The notes under the pieces are model-generated. The model saw only the letters and a list, made by a program, of their open reading frames with translations, was not told the origin of the DNA and ran no database searches. 64,000 nucleotides of DNA from Octopus sinensis. Lineage: Eukaryota. The first letter of the stretch is position 1, and every line of letters starts with the position of its first letter. A program made the position numbers and the translations under genes. This document shows positions 45,401-58,945 of the stretch, in pieces. The DNA is taken from assembly GCF_006345805.1 (NCBI RefSeq), contig NC_043000.1, forward strand, positions 109,802,001-109,866,000. Reading direction: 5' to 3'.

Positions 45401-47383
45401 CTCCGAGCTTCACAGAAAAAGGATCGAACAGTCTTTCGCGTATCTTCACACTGGATGTCACATGTTCAGCCTCGGACATGCGCGCTTTGCCCGGCGCCAA
45501 AATAATTGTCACATTTCACATTAACCATGTCCCGTATATTGTTAGTTGCGGCAAATTGAGACACTAATATATCTTTCCGTACAAATATTTCGCATTTTCA
45601 CGCATTTGTACATCTCTCCATAGTTGTGATGTAATTAAATAACATGAAACATATATAAAAACCTCCCCTTGTCAACGATTGAGAGAAACCAGCGGAAGTA
45701 AATGCCTGCATGATTCTACCGACCGGCCTTGTTTTACATTGCAGTTTAGATTTTGTTCAAAGACAGCAAACTGGTAGGATCGTTAGCACTCCGGACAAAA
45801 TGCTTAGCGGTGTTTCTTCCGGCTGTTTTTATGCTCTAAGTTCTAATCCCGCCGAAGTTTACTTTGCCGTTTCGTCCTTTCGGAGTCGGTAAAGCAAAGT
45901 ACCTGTTGAACACTTGCTTTATGTAATCGGCCCCTCCTCACCTTTTAAGATTACTGATATTAGAATATCAGTTTAGATTAAGTTGGAATGCAAAATCCTT
46001 GTACCTACAATCTATGTAACTAGCAATTAATTGATGCTGTATCTGACCCCTGGTTCTAAGAGAAAATTGACATTTTAGGGTTCGTAGTAAAGTGATTTCG
46101 TTTTTGTATTTGACTTGCAACCTTCTTGATGTGAATTCGTGTCTGTTAAGAGATTTTGTTTCTACAGACTTAAAAATTAGGATTATGTAAAATCTGTTCC
46201 AGTTGGTTATAAATTGACAATTACAGATGTTTATACATATTTGTGGTAATTTCAAACTATTTTGTGTATTCGTATTTGTTGGTGCCTTTTAATAGTTATC
46301 CCATTAGCGCCTTCGGGACCTGAATATAAAAATATGCCAGTCTTAAAACACAAGTTTTTTTTTTTTTACTTTGGTATTCAAACATAACTATTTTATCGCT
46401 GAAAAAAAAATCATACTAATGCATAAGTTTCTAAACTACCCGACTGTAAACGCACAAGCCCCTGCGGTACTTGTATATAATCCTCATCGGTTTAACGTCC
46501 ACTTTTCCCGGACGGAATTTTCTGGAGGCGGATTTCCTACGGCTGGATGCCCTTCCCGTCGCAAACCGTCACTTAGACATTTTTTATAGAAATATGGAAA
46601 CGTTCTTTTTTGGGAATTGCTCATCATTTTCAATGGCTGTTGACTCGGCATATTCTCGGACCTTTTTGCTGTAAAACTTTTAAATTGCATCTAGTTCTGA
46701 AAATCTTCTCCCTCTCCTTCTATTCATCTTTATTCTTGAATCCACCGTAAATTGCATTGTCTTGATATTTGTTTCTCATTGTCACAAATTGCTGCTTCTT
46801 TATTCATAGAACCACTGTTCTTTTTCAACTTGAATATAAATATTGACGGTGGCGAATTCGAAGCGACCTAAACTGCAGGATTTGGGATACTGTGTATCGT
46901 CATCGTTTTAATATCTACTTTTCCTTGCATGCATGGGTCAGACGGAATTCGTCGAGGCTAATATTTTACGAGCAAAGATGCTCTTTCTGTCGCTAACACC
47001 CGCATGTTTCCCATGGAAGATTGGAAATGGACACCGTTTGTTTGACGAGGGGGCTCAAATACATAAGCACCTATGTATGTTGGCGCAACCGGGAAAAATG
47101 GAACTCAAAATATGAGTATATATATTATTAATATCTAGCAGAAGTAACTGAGTGACTCAAGGTCTGAGAGTTTCGTGCTAAAATATATATTATCTGATAC
47201 CTTCTACTGAACATCGAAATCAGTGTATTTAGCAAAACATTAACATTAGGACCTCGTTCTTTTTAAGTGATCTAAATATGTTCTTATTAACTGGCAACTC
47301 CATATTATATCGTATATATGTTTGTGTTCAGTCTTACCATAGTGCCTTACGCTCAAACCAGAACAACTTTAAAATTATAGGTA

Positions 47384-47744
47384 CAGTAGTACCTCGGTTT
47401 TCGAACAACTCTGATCGCGAATAAATCGTGCTTTATATATATATATATATAAAATCGTCATCATCATTTAACGTCCGCTTTCCATGCTAGCATGGGTTGG
47501 GCGATTTGACTGAGGTCTGGCGAACCAGATGGCTGCACCAGTCTCCAATCTGATCTGGCAGAGTTTCTACAGCTGGATGCCCTTCCTAACGCAAACCACT
47601 CCGAGAGTGTAGTGGGTGCTTTTACGTGTCACCGGCACGAGGACCAGTCTGCCGGTACTGGCAACGGCCACGCTCGAAATGGTGTCTTTTATGTGCCACC
47701 TGCACAAGAGTCAGTCCAGCAGCATTGGCAACGACCTCGCTCGA

Positions 47745-47798
<54 letters not shown>

Positions 47799-47845
47799 CA
47801 CGATTTAATCGTGATCAGAGGCGTTCGTAAACCGAGGTACTACTG
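47384..47845. mobile_element. pogo/Tigger-type MITE with 51-bp TIRs, carrying a nested family B element and (TA)n
   Basis: TA|CAGTAGTACCTCGG ... CCGAGGTACTACTG|TA; TIRs 47384-47434 and 47795-47845 match at 46/51. Confidence 0.88.
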
Positions 47846-49735
47846 TATTAAATGAATATGAGAAAGACAGGAGATACAGTACGATATATTCGTGATCAGA
47901 ATTGGTCGAAAATCGAGATTCTACTGTATCTGTATAGGTTTATAACTTAATTTTCTCTATCCACAACGTGCATCCTTGGGAAGACTTCCGACCCCTCCCC
48001 CCATTTTATCCCTAATTTATTTATTTTTGTAATTTTTTTTTTGCCAAAAATCGGCATTGTGAAATTTTTTTCTCCCTTTCCCACCAACTTCAATTTTGAC
48101 TTTTTTCCCCAACACTAACCCTAATGGGGGGCGAGAGGAAGTCTTGCCGCATCCTCTTCTCTCCTATTTGATTCCGAACTTTAGAGTTTGATAAAAAAAA
48201 ATAAACTTTCGTAAATTCTAAATCGTAATCTGTATCTCGAGAAGTCATTTTTAATCCTGTAATCTGGGGGATAAGCATTAGTTGTTTGTTTGTGAGTTGT
48301 GCTCCTTGCTGTTAGCTTTTTCTTCTTTTTTTACTTGGTCCATAACCAGGACAAATTTGCCAAGCGTACGGGACAGATCATTCACATCGGGGTGTATAGT
48401 AGACACACACTATATATGTAAAATATATGGAAGTGGCGTCCACTGGTTACGACGACGAGGGTTCCACTTGATCCGATCAACGGTTACAGCCTACTCGTGA
48501 AATTCTGTTGCAAGCGGCTGAGCACTCCACAGACACGCGTGCCCCTAAAAGTTGTTTAGAGATTTCTACTTTCATTTCTGATAATACTATCTTCGCTTAC
48601 CATATTTCGGTTGAAAGACAATGCCTTTATTCAATTTGAATTTGAAAATAATGAAGAATTTAATAAGATGCATTGTTAATTACCTGACATTTGAAACAAT
48701 TTAACGTTGTTTGAAAAGTTGACATAAGCATCAATTTGAAAGACTTTCGAAGAGAAATCTGTGACCGGAGATGTCTGTTCGGACTAGAGTTTAAGTATAC
48801 AACAAGGTGGCATAGCAATCAAAATGATTTTATTTCATCGTGCCAACCGAAACTCGAAAATGTAAATTCTTACGCGTTTCTTCTTCACTACATGCATCCG
48901 ACAATTTTAGGTATGGATCCCGTTATCAGGCGATATATCGATAAAATGTTGGGTATTTATTATTACGGAATATTGATAAATTGCGTTTTGTATTTAACGA
49001 TATCGCCATAACCACCACCAATCGGGTACAGTGTGTTCCAAGCAGAATCCATTATTGAATGAAAGCCAGGAGAATTGGCGTTACCATTTTTTTTAGCTTA
49101 AAAAACACCGGTTAAGCCAGTATCCGTTGTTTAACTCGATATTGTATTAATTCTTTGAGGGGGGTGGGGAACAAAAACGGATTTCTTTCTTCTAACCAAC
49201 ATTCTGCAGGCTTATTCAACCAATTTGTTTTGAATGCACCTGTTTTTCTGCCGGACTTGGTTCCATCACCACCAGTTCTCCCGGAAAGTAAGACCAGTTC
49301 CAACATCGGCGTCATTCAGTAACAAACATATCTTTTTGACAGAATTAAATGAAAATAATTGCAACAGACCTATTTGAGATTTTTCGAAGAACGAATCCGA
49401 TCTTATGGATTTCCTATTTTTGTAACCATTGTAGGACTTCTTTAAGAGGGATACGGGCTGACAGACACACAAACACATAACTATTTTGAAGTATTTACGT
49501 ATTCGTTTCAGTGATTCAGGAGAGCCAAGTTATTTTTATACATTCTTCATTATTGTTGGTTTCACTTTACTTTGACGCTTGCTGCTTTCTTTGTTTTTTA
49601 ACATTTAATGGTGAAGTAGAAGAGAAAGCAGTTTAATAAAAATAAAATAAGCGCAATAGTTGGAGATTATAAGAATTCTAACTAGGTTTACTTGATTTGC
49701 CGAAATGAATCTATACTTCAAAGCAGATAAACAAT

Positions 49736-49782
<47 letters not shown>

Positions 49783-49989
49783 TATTCTTCGAATTTCTAG
49801 TTTGTGCACCCGAATCCGCCTGTTCTTTAATGACCCCCTCCCCAAACACACACATATGTAATGCTTCGTTGTGAAAAAATCCTCGGGGTTTTAAAAAAGT
49901 CCAGTCAATAGTCGAATCGTTGTTTTGACAGCATATTTGGTACGTTGTGGTGATGGTGGGGTACATCTTCGAATTTTGTTTTGGTTTTT

Positions 49990-50060
49990 CGGATTTTTTG
50001 TGGCGTGGGGAAATTGAAGCCAGCCGGGAAATTGCTTCTGCTTACGTCATTAGAAATGCG
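49990..50060 (+). promoter_or_regulatory. Candidate promoter motifs (CRE-like TTACGTCA at 50042, GC-rich CCGGGAAA)
   Basis: Motifs inside the CpG domain upstream of the zinc-finger exons; possible donor TCG|gtaaat near 50710. Confidence 0.25.
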
Positions 50061-51085
50061 ATTGTATTTGTCTTTTGATATTGTTATTTTATGAAAGAAT
50101 TTGGCTTGGTCTTGCCTCTTTTGTCTCTATACCTAATGTTATTTACTATATAAATTGTTCGGGCTGGAATAATCGAAATATGGTTCACAGATGTTGTATG
50201 TATGACGCAGTCTTATTAAGTTACATGCTTACCTATGAAATCCAACAGTTTGTGTAATTTTATAAAGCAATTAGGTTTGCTCAACGTTTTGAAAAGAAGA
50301 GCAAAGCTCAATGCAAGGAAGCGGAGCGCACGATTAATTCATTTTGAAAGGATTCCCTTCGTTTCTGTAATTCGGAAAAGACGATTCAGATTTTTTACAT
50401 TCCCTCATGCTATTTTTTTTTTTTTTCCCCATTCTTATTACGCGGCCGCTTCCTTACCATTTTATCTCTTTTATATAATATTTGTTTAAGGAATACCGCT
50501 GCCTAAAAGAAATATTGAAGTTTGATATTGTTTTAGGCAAGTGTTTTTTTTTACAGCGTCATTTTATTCTTTTAAAGTATGTGATGTTGTCTTGGAAAAC
50601 ACTGGACTCTCTAAGTGTAATTATTTATTTTAATTAGTGTTACTGGAATTTTGTGCAAACGACGTAGTTCATACCTCGAAGTTCATACCTGGGTCGATAG
50701 AATGGCAATCGGTAAATTCCATTGACGATTCAATTTAATCTCATCATTTTTATTGATGTTTGTTTTGATTCTTGGTTGATGACTTAATTTTTACCTCACG
50801 TTACGTGTGTCTGTCTATAATACTGGAACTGTGTTAAATCTGCAATTTCGATTCTTATATAATAATTCTTCGTAAAGTATTAGATTTTTTTCAAGGATAT
50901 AGATACATTGAGTTTTCCAGGTTTTTAAAAAGCAATTAACATTTGATTTAGTATGTTGGCATGTTGCCATTTTTTTTTTATTAATCGGTATTTCTTCAAA
51001 AATGAATCAAGAACTTTCTCTCTTCAATTTTTATCACTAGATCTATTTTATTCCTGTGATTTGTATCTTCGATATTCCATTCCCA

Positions 51086-51139
<54 letters not shown>

Positions 51140-54100
51140 TATAATAGCAACTTCGCTTTTAGGAACCGGTACCGTTCACTGTTCCCCATGAAAAAGGTAT
51201 CGAGATAAACAATTTTGTTTACAGTTTGGTGTGCTGTGCTAAATGTAAACGAGATCACTGCGAAAATAGCATTATTATTTTTGTCTTGGTTTCGTTTACG
51301 AAAGAACTATATTGTTATACATCTTTCCACTTTTTGTATTATGAATGTGTCCCATGCTGGTCTCGGAGATGCACCTTTTATCCGGCGCCAAAATAATCGT
51401 CACCACATTTAAAATGTTAGTTGTAGCAAACATTTGCCTCAGCACCAATCTGAACTCGTGTCCTTCTCTTACGCCATTGCATGCATGGTCAGTTTTTTTC
51501 ATATTCGTTCATAGGAAGTTGTTTTACACCTATTACACACATTTTTTTTTTGATTTTCTGATATTTGTTACGCCCTATATTAACCCTTGTTCATTGGTCC
51601 ATGTGAACATCATGTCAACGATAGACTTATCGGTAGAATCGAATAATGCATGATTTCAAATGCAGAATCTTCCCACACATAAACTCAAAATTCCTGTGGC
51701 AATTGATTAGGTTAACCCTTTAAGTTTTCATGCATAAAATCTTTCCACCATTTATCAGCTGAAATATGTAAACACAAAAGCTCCTTTCCGTTTCCATGGC
51801 ACCGTAAATCAAGTGATTTTGTTTCCTTTTTTTTTTTTTTGTCAGGCCACAAAATGATTTTTGTTTTCTTACAAAATGAAGCTATTAAATGAAATTAAAC
51901 CTATCGACAGACAGTAGTATCTGTTAGGTGTTTTCCTTATTTTAGTTGGATCCACCTAGTATTTTATCACATATTCTTAATTAATGTCAACAAAGCATTC
52001 CTGTTAATTAACAAGTGTATTGAATGTTACTAGAATAGAAAGTGATTAACAGCAAATGCAGGAGATTAAGTTACTTAACTGCAAAATTATAGCTTTCATC
52101 AGATTTGCCTTTTTGCCCTCAATTTTTTTTCTTTTCAAAGAAAAACATTTCGACTTGTTCAACTGGAAAATATTTTCTGACATGGTAAATTCTTTTGTAT
52201 TCGTTGGACATTTGGAATGAAGTGCTGGTACAAGGCCTTATTTTGGATGAGGAGTTAGTTGATTAAATCAATTCCAGAAGTCCGAGAGTTGATCTCAGTA
52301 AAATTTGAACCTTAAAGCGCTGTAACTAAATCTCACCAAGTATTTTGGAGCCTGTCTGTGGTCACTCAACCCACCAAAAATATCCAAACCTCTCAAATTA
52401 CACCTTATCACTTAAAAAAAAACCCCCAAAACATTAGGTATACAACGAATGAAAAATGAGATGGTCCTAGCTGAAATCTCTTTGACCAAGATTGGTTTGA
52501 AGCTAAATGTGATCAATAAGTATCACTGGAATTGATGACTGATTTGTTAGCCAAGATAACCAAATTTAATTCTTTGTATCTCTTTGTGAGTTATTGCATC
52601 CGTGTTGTGTTTGATAATATATATAATGGTTAAAATGGCATGGGAAAAGCACCGGTTACAATGCAAAGAGATTAGTGTTGGGAAAGGCAGCCAACTGGAA
52701 AAACCATGCTAAAGCTGATATTGGAGGTTGATGCAAGTCTCCAATTCACCAGATCCTGTCAAACTATCCAACCAGCATGGAAATATATATATATACATAC
52801 ATACACGACAGGCTTCTTCCAGTTTTTGTCTACGGAATTCACTCACAAGGCTTTGGTTGCCCCAAGGCTTATAGTAGAAGACACTTGTCCAAGGTGCCAT
52901 GCAGTGGGACTGAACCCAGAACCATGTGGTTGGGAAGCCAGCTTCTTACCCCACAGCCATGCCTGCAGGTGGTGATAATATGATTAAGATGTGCATACTT
53001 TCCTTTGTTTATTGTATACAATTTCTGAACATCATGAAAGTGATAGGTCTGTAGGAAGTAGCAGTGGAAATATTTGGGGAACTTTTATATTTCTAAAAGT
53101 ATAAACAATATAAATATTTATAAATTGTGTCATTGTCAATGACAGAGAGAAAAAAGACAAAGAGGGAAGGTTGTGAAACATTAGAAAGAAAAATACGATC
53201 ACAATGAATGAAAATTAGTTTTCTGATTGTATTGTGTAGTCGAACTCTTCAATAATAAAAGAATCTTGTAAACCACATTTTGATGAAAACATTAAAATTA
53301 AAATTTTTAAGGATTTTATTGACAGTGTAGGCTTTAATACTTCCTTTCTTTTAGTAAAAGTTACATACTCCAAACTAATTAATAAGCAGCTATCATGATA
53401 AAGATAATATTTAAAATTTTCTGTTCTATAATATTTCATTTAGTTATGTAATATTTTCCTTTGTAAAAAATGTTTCCATGATCACTTGTGTCATTTTCTA
53501 TTGTGTGCTTTATGTATACCATTACAATGTATCTAAGACTGAGCATTTTAAATTAGAAGACTGAAACAATCTGGTAACTGTTGGAATATCTAATTAATTT
53601 GAAATAGTTTCCAATTTTTATTAATTGGAAATTATCAGTATTCTACCATTTAAAAGAGACTTGGATGAAGAGTTTAAAATTTGAAGCTTGGCCAGCACTA
53701 TTTGAGCAGAGAGGAAGAAAACAAAAAGTATTTGTAATATATTGACTAGCTATAAGTACCCAAGAAATGTTTTTGAGACAATTTGAGAAGAGCTTAAAGG
53801 AGTTCCCTTGTGAAATTTGAGTTTGTTGGAGTTAATCCCTTTGATATAATCAAGACTTTCATTTCAATTTCCGTCCAGTATTTTTCTCTGAAATGTGTAT
53901 TATCAATGTTTTCAGTTTGTGATGGAGAAGCATCTTCTGCTTGTGTTCTCGGTACTCAGATCCATTGTAATGGTTTAGGTAGAAGAAACTTTACTGATGC
54001 ATGTCATGTATCTATGTCTGTCTATTCTTTGAACCTCCACTGTCCCCTGCTCGCGTGGACTGGAGAGGGTTTATTATGGCTGGATGCCCTTCCTATTGCC

Positions 54101-55900
54101 AACCCTCACCTGTTTCCAAGCAAGGTAATATTTCCCCATGGCCAGACAAGTTTTCACTCTATTTTGGGAATGAATGACAGTGGCAATCATTTACAACAGC
54201 AATTGTATGAAGACAGAGACACCAACAAACTCACCTGCACATACACAATGGACTTCTTTCAATTTCCATCTACCACAAGGCTTTGATCAGCCTGGGGCTA
54301 TAATAGAAGGCGTTTGCCCAAGGTGCCATGCAGTGGGACTGAACCCAAAACCATGTGGTTGGGAAGCAAACTTCTTGACCACATAGCACAGTATGCAAAA
54401 CACACAGCTGTTTAATGAAGCAGTGATCTTTTTCAGATTTTTTTTTTATTCCAATTTATTCTTGGACCACTGCTGGTTTGTCTTGTCATCATTTAGCACC
54501 TGTCTCCCATGCTGGCATTGTTTGGATGACTTGGCAAGCCAGAGGAATCCTGTCGTGCTTTACTGTCTGTTTTGGCATGGTTTTTACTGTTGGATGCCCT
54601 TCCTAATGCCAACCACTTTACAGAATGTTCTGTAATATGAATTTCCTATTTGAGAGTGATGTAAATTTAATCAAAATTTTATGTTAAAGTTCCAAAACAC
54701 CATCTTATTGAGTTATTTCAACTACATTCTTCATTATTTTCAAAACTGAAACAAATGCAGTACATTTCAATAGAATTATGCCAACAAAAGGCTCAAATAC
54801 ATAATATCCCTTAATTTGGTTGCTCGTATTAGTATCACTCTTGATCTTTTAGTGATTCAAGGAAATATGTACAAAGATGGTAGATAAGCCCTATATTGAC
54901 TGTTTCAATTGAATAGGTTGCCCATCCTTTTCAATCAAATAGATTGAGATTTATACCCTATCAGTTCTTGTGAACACCAATTCATGTATTTTTGTTTTTT
55001 ACCATATTTCTGGTGAAACCCACTGACTTGCTATTTATTTTGTAAGTAATGAAGAATTTAGTAAAATAACTGATTAAGCTGGTGTCTGCAATGTAAATTA
55101 ACTTGAAATTTTGACGAAAGTTTTTAATTGAGATCACTTTGAAACACAATTTGTATTTTAGAATTAGGGTTGTCTCAGGCAGGTTGCCATCAAAAGGGAT
55201 AAAGTAACTTGTTTTTAAGTAAAAAAAAAAAACCTTCAGACCATGTGTGATCCAAAAGTGGAAGTAGTTTTATGGGCTTTTCTCAGCAAGAACTTATTTA
55301 CTCCAAGACTTGCCCATGTCATGTGACTCATGAGGCAGTCAAAGTAGTCCGGTAGGATCGGTTAGCAACAACTTGCAGTGCAAATCCTGTTGTCGGTTCC
55401 TGTTGATTGTCTGGTACCAGTTCATCTTGGGATGTCCACTATGCTGTTGTTTCTGAGGGTTCCACTTTAGGACTTAGTCTTATGGCATGTCCCCGTTAAG
55501 TCGACACTTGGTGCTGGCCTCTGCTTCTTCTAACCTCTGTTGCTGACAAAGAAAGAGTTTGTATTATTCTCTTCTAATTTTCCTTCCTCAATAACATGGT
55601 TATTAATTACTAAAATATATATTTTAAAAAAAAGGTCACCAATTGGTGGCAGAATCAAAGGACTCCATATGCCAAATTACTTGTTGAATTTGTTGATGTA
55701 AACAACCTCCTAAAATTCTTGGAAAAGACAATGGAAGAATTGGAACTCTTCCAATTTGGTAAATTTAATTCAAGCTGCAAGCTTCAATATGTTGGCTTTC
55801 ATTCATCTCTCACTTGTCTTGTGTAATACATGGTTTTTCCAAAATTATTTGGATTGCATGTCTTCTACTTATTGTTGAATTTTTTTTTCCCTCTGCTTAA

Positions 55901-56093
55901 CCCTTTCGTTACCGTATTTCTGTTGAGATGCTCAACAGAATTTAGTAAAATAATTTAGTTATCATTCAGCTAGTGTGAGGGAATGTAAATTCTAACTTGA
56001 GTTTTGTGGGAGATTTTAATTCAGTACTTTTGAAAACAAGACATTTGTACTACAGAACCAGAGACGGTTTCAGCCGGGTGGTTATTGAAAGGG
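55901..56093 (+). mobile_element. piggyBac-type MITE, same family
   Basis: TTAA-CCCTTTCGTTACC ... GAAAGGG-TTAA; also 22510-22715 (right end lost) and relatives at 9228-9435 and 59925-60132. Confidence 0.85.
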
Positions 56094-56279
56094 TTAATGG
56101 AAACCATGTGAAATCAGCTCTGCCTCTTTGATCTGGATCTTTGTTGACCTTTTGCTCATCTAATTAGTCAGTTAGTGGAATTTACATATATATATTTTGT
56201 TCTTAATTACTTGATATCCATTGTAAGTGATATCAGGTGGAATACAATTGGTTTATCACTTACTGCTACAAATGTTGTG

Positions 56280-56560
56280 AGTATGGCTGTGTGGTTGAGA
56301 GGTTTGCTTCCCAACCACATGGTTATGGGTTCAGTCCCCCTGCATGGCACCTTGGACAAGTGTCTTCTATTGTAACCCCAGGCCAACCAAAACCATGTGA
56401 GTGGATTTCATAGATGGAAACTGAAAGAAACCTATCGTGTGGTCTTGTCTTGACATTGTAAACTAGTGTCACTCATCTCCAATATACTGTAAATAAAGAT
56501 GTCTGGCCGTGTGGAAAATGTTAAATAGAAGAGGATTGGTGGTGATGATGATGATGATGT
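56280..56560 (+). mobile_element. Family G SINE
   Basis: A-type head, G body, GATGAT tail. Confidence 0.65.
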
Positions 56561-56985
56561 CTGTTCAAAAGTATTTTAATAATTTCCATCTTTTACATGC
56601 AGAATTTTCTTTTTTCTTTTCCAAACACAATGATAGTAAAATTGTCTTTTTCAAAGATTGGTATTGTGAAATCTGGTTGTTACTTCCAGCTGTTCAGGCC
56701 ACCATCTTGTTGGCTTGTAGAATGGGTTTTGTAGTGAAATACTCTTTTAATCATTAGTCACAAGCACTCTAAGATCCACTATACTATGTGTTCTTTATGT
56801 ACCATGTTCGATGTCATGAAAGGTGCATAAGCACGTTTGATGCACTTCTCTTTCAACGGTGCACATTCAGCAAGAAAACACTTTGGTGCATTTAAAACAA
56901 GTCCAGCTTCATATGTAAAACCCCTGGGTACTTTATTGAGACTTGAGAAAATGCATCTTATATGTCATTGGATCTGGTATTCTGT

Positions 56986-57214
56986 TTAATCGTTTAGCAT
57001 TCAGATTATTTTGTCAAATGTAATGCTTATTTATTCACATTGTTTTGAATCAATCATGCAAAGACATCATAGCATTAAAATTTTGAGGATGTAGTTGCTT
57101 ATTCTTAGAATGACATTGTAGGATAAGTGTGTAAAGCCAGATCTGGCCAGTTTGAATACAGAACAGGTTAAATATTTGGGCCGGATATGACCGGTTTAAA
57201 TACTAAAAGGTTAA
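56986..57214 (-). mobile_element. Second TTAA-flanked MITE family
   Basis: Homologous to 19785-19980(+) and to the split copy 34420-34560 plus 34950-35000. Confidence 0.7.
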
Positions 57215-58456
57215 AGGAAGCCAGTTAGATGCAACTTAGATTCAAGCCTAATCTTCTTGTGTAATTCCTGCTGTATTAAATCTTCCCAGCCACTCAGTGT
57301 TCTAGTCATTATCTGTGACACATTTTTTAAAGTTTGTTTAAAACTTTACCAAATATTTTATTTGGTACTGGTGGGGACATCATTTAATGGGTCCCTGAAA
57401 TTCTGGCAATGATTGACCCTTTTACAAACAGTTTATTCCTGCAATCATAAACCTGCTTTGTACAGGTATATCATACATACTTTGTTCATCACTGTAAATA
57501 TAAAATTATAATCACACTATGATGTTTGTCAATTCATAGAAGTTCCTTGGTTCTCTTCTTGGAAAATTTGGTTTGGTCATTGAGCTGCTACTACGCTGGG
57601 ACACCACCTTGAATGGTTTAATTGAACAAATGAACCCCCGTACTTATTTTTACATCTAGTACTTATTCCACCATTCTCTTTTGTCAAACTGCTAAGTTGC
57701 TGAGGACATACAGAAACCAACACTGGATGTCAGGCAGTAGGAAGTGTGTGTTTGTGTGTGTGAATTCATGTAGCAGTATGGGGCTATTGTAGAAGAAACT
57801 TACTGAAGGTGCTGTGCCATGGGATTGAACTGTTTGGTTGCAGGGTGAGTTTCTGAACCATAGTCATGCCTGCCCCTATATTGAAAATAATTCAGACACT
57901 GAATTGGAAGATTAGATCCTTCAAAATTTCTTACCATTATCTCACTATCGCTTTACAGTAAATGTTTTCCCCAATCCTTTTCCTCTTGAAACCCTTTCTG
58001 GTTTGCAGATCCCTCCTAAACACCATCATACAACACAAGACTGTTTTGTAGATGTAGGTGTAGGGTTCATTTAAGAAACCATATGGTTTTAAGTTTGTTC
58101 TTGCTTTTGACTGATCATTATTACCTTGTGAATGAAATTGGTAAATGGAAACTATGGAAGCCTGTTGTGTGTGTGAGTGCATTTGTGCTGCATAGGAAAC
58201 TGATGTTACTATATAGGTAGTGCCCTTGTTTATATCTACTGTAAAGCATGCCCAGCCTTTCAACAGTTGTTTGAATGACCAGGAAAACAAGTAACTTTTG
58301 AAACGAGTAAGGTTCGGTGATAAGATGTGCATATCTGGCTGTGAACAGACTGCTTCAGTAGATCTTGTCTAATTCACCTGTGGAAAAAGCAGACATTAAA
58401 ACAATTCTGTGTATTAATTGGGAAATGATTTTGGCTTTTTTTCTTGTTTTTTTCAG

Positions 58457-58522
58457 ATATGAATTAAAGTTTATTGAAAGTCCACAAAAGAAGTTGTCTT
58501 GAAGTTTGGGACAGTCATTGAG
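58457..58522 (+). other. Probable non-coding (5'UTR) exon of the zinc-finger gene
   Basis: ttcttgtttttttcag| acceptor and GAG|gtaagt donor; stops in all three frames. Confidence 0.6.
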
Positions 58523-58619
58523 GTAAGTTTTTGTATTTGAATTGAAATCGAATTGTTAAATGGCATTTGGTATCAGATTAGCTAGTCATGGCTCACCAGT
58601 TGGTCTTTCACTTCAGTCA

Positions 58620-58945
58620 GGCATCATCATTTTCACATTCACTTTTTCCATGCTTGCAATGAGTCAGATGGAATTTGTTGTATTTTCTCTACAGTCAGAT
58701 GCCCTTTCTGTTGCCAACCTTCGTCTGTTTCCATGAAAGGTAATGTTCCCCTGTGGTCAGACATCTCTTGGATGACTGGAAACAGCCACCACTTGTATGA
58801 CAGTGACACAGTATCAAAGCAAGGAAACACACACACACAATGGGCTTCTTTCAGTCTCCGTTGGCCAAATCCATTCTCAAGATTTTGGTTGACCTGAAAC
58901 TTTAGTAGAAGACATTTGCCCAAGGTTTCACGCAGCGGGACTGAA
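58620..58945 (-). mobile_element. Family G SINE
   Basis: Colinear with 37440-37850. Confidence 0.65.

Larger units (their letters stand above)
40700..52000. promoter_or_regulatory. CpG-retaining domain (putative unmethylated promoter/intergenic region)
   Basis: CG dinucleotides are visibly frequent here and sparse on both sides; SINE copies inside keep their CpGs (judged by eye, boundaries approximate). Confidence 0.6.
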
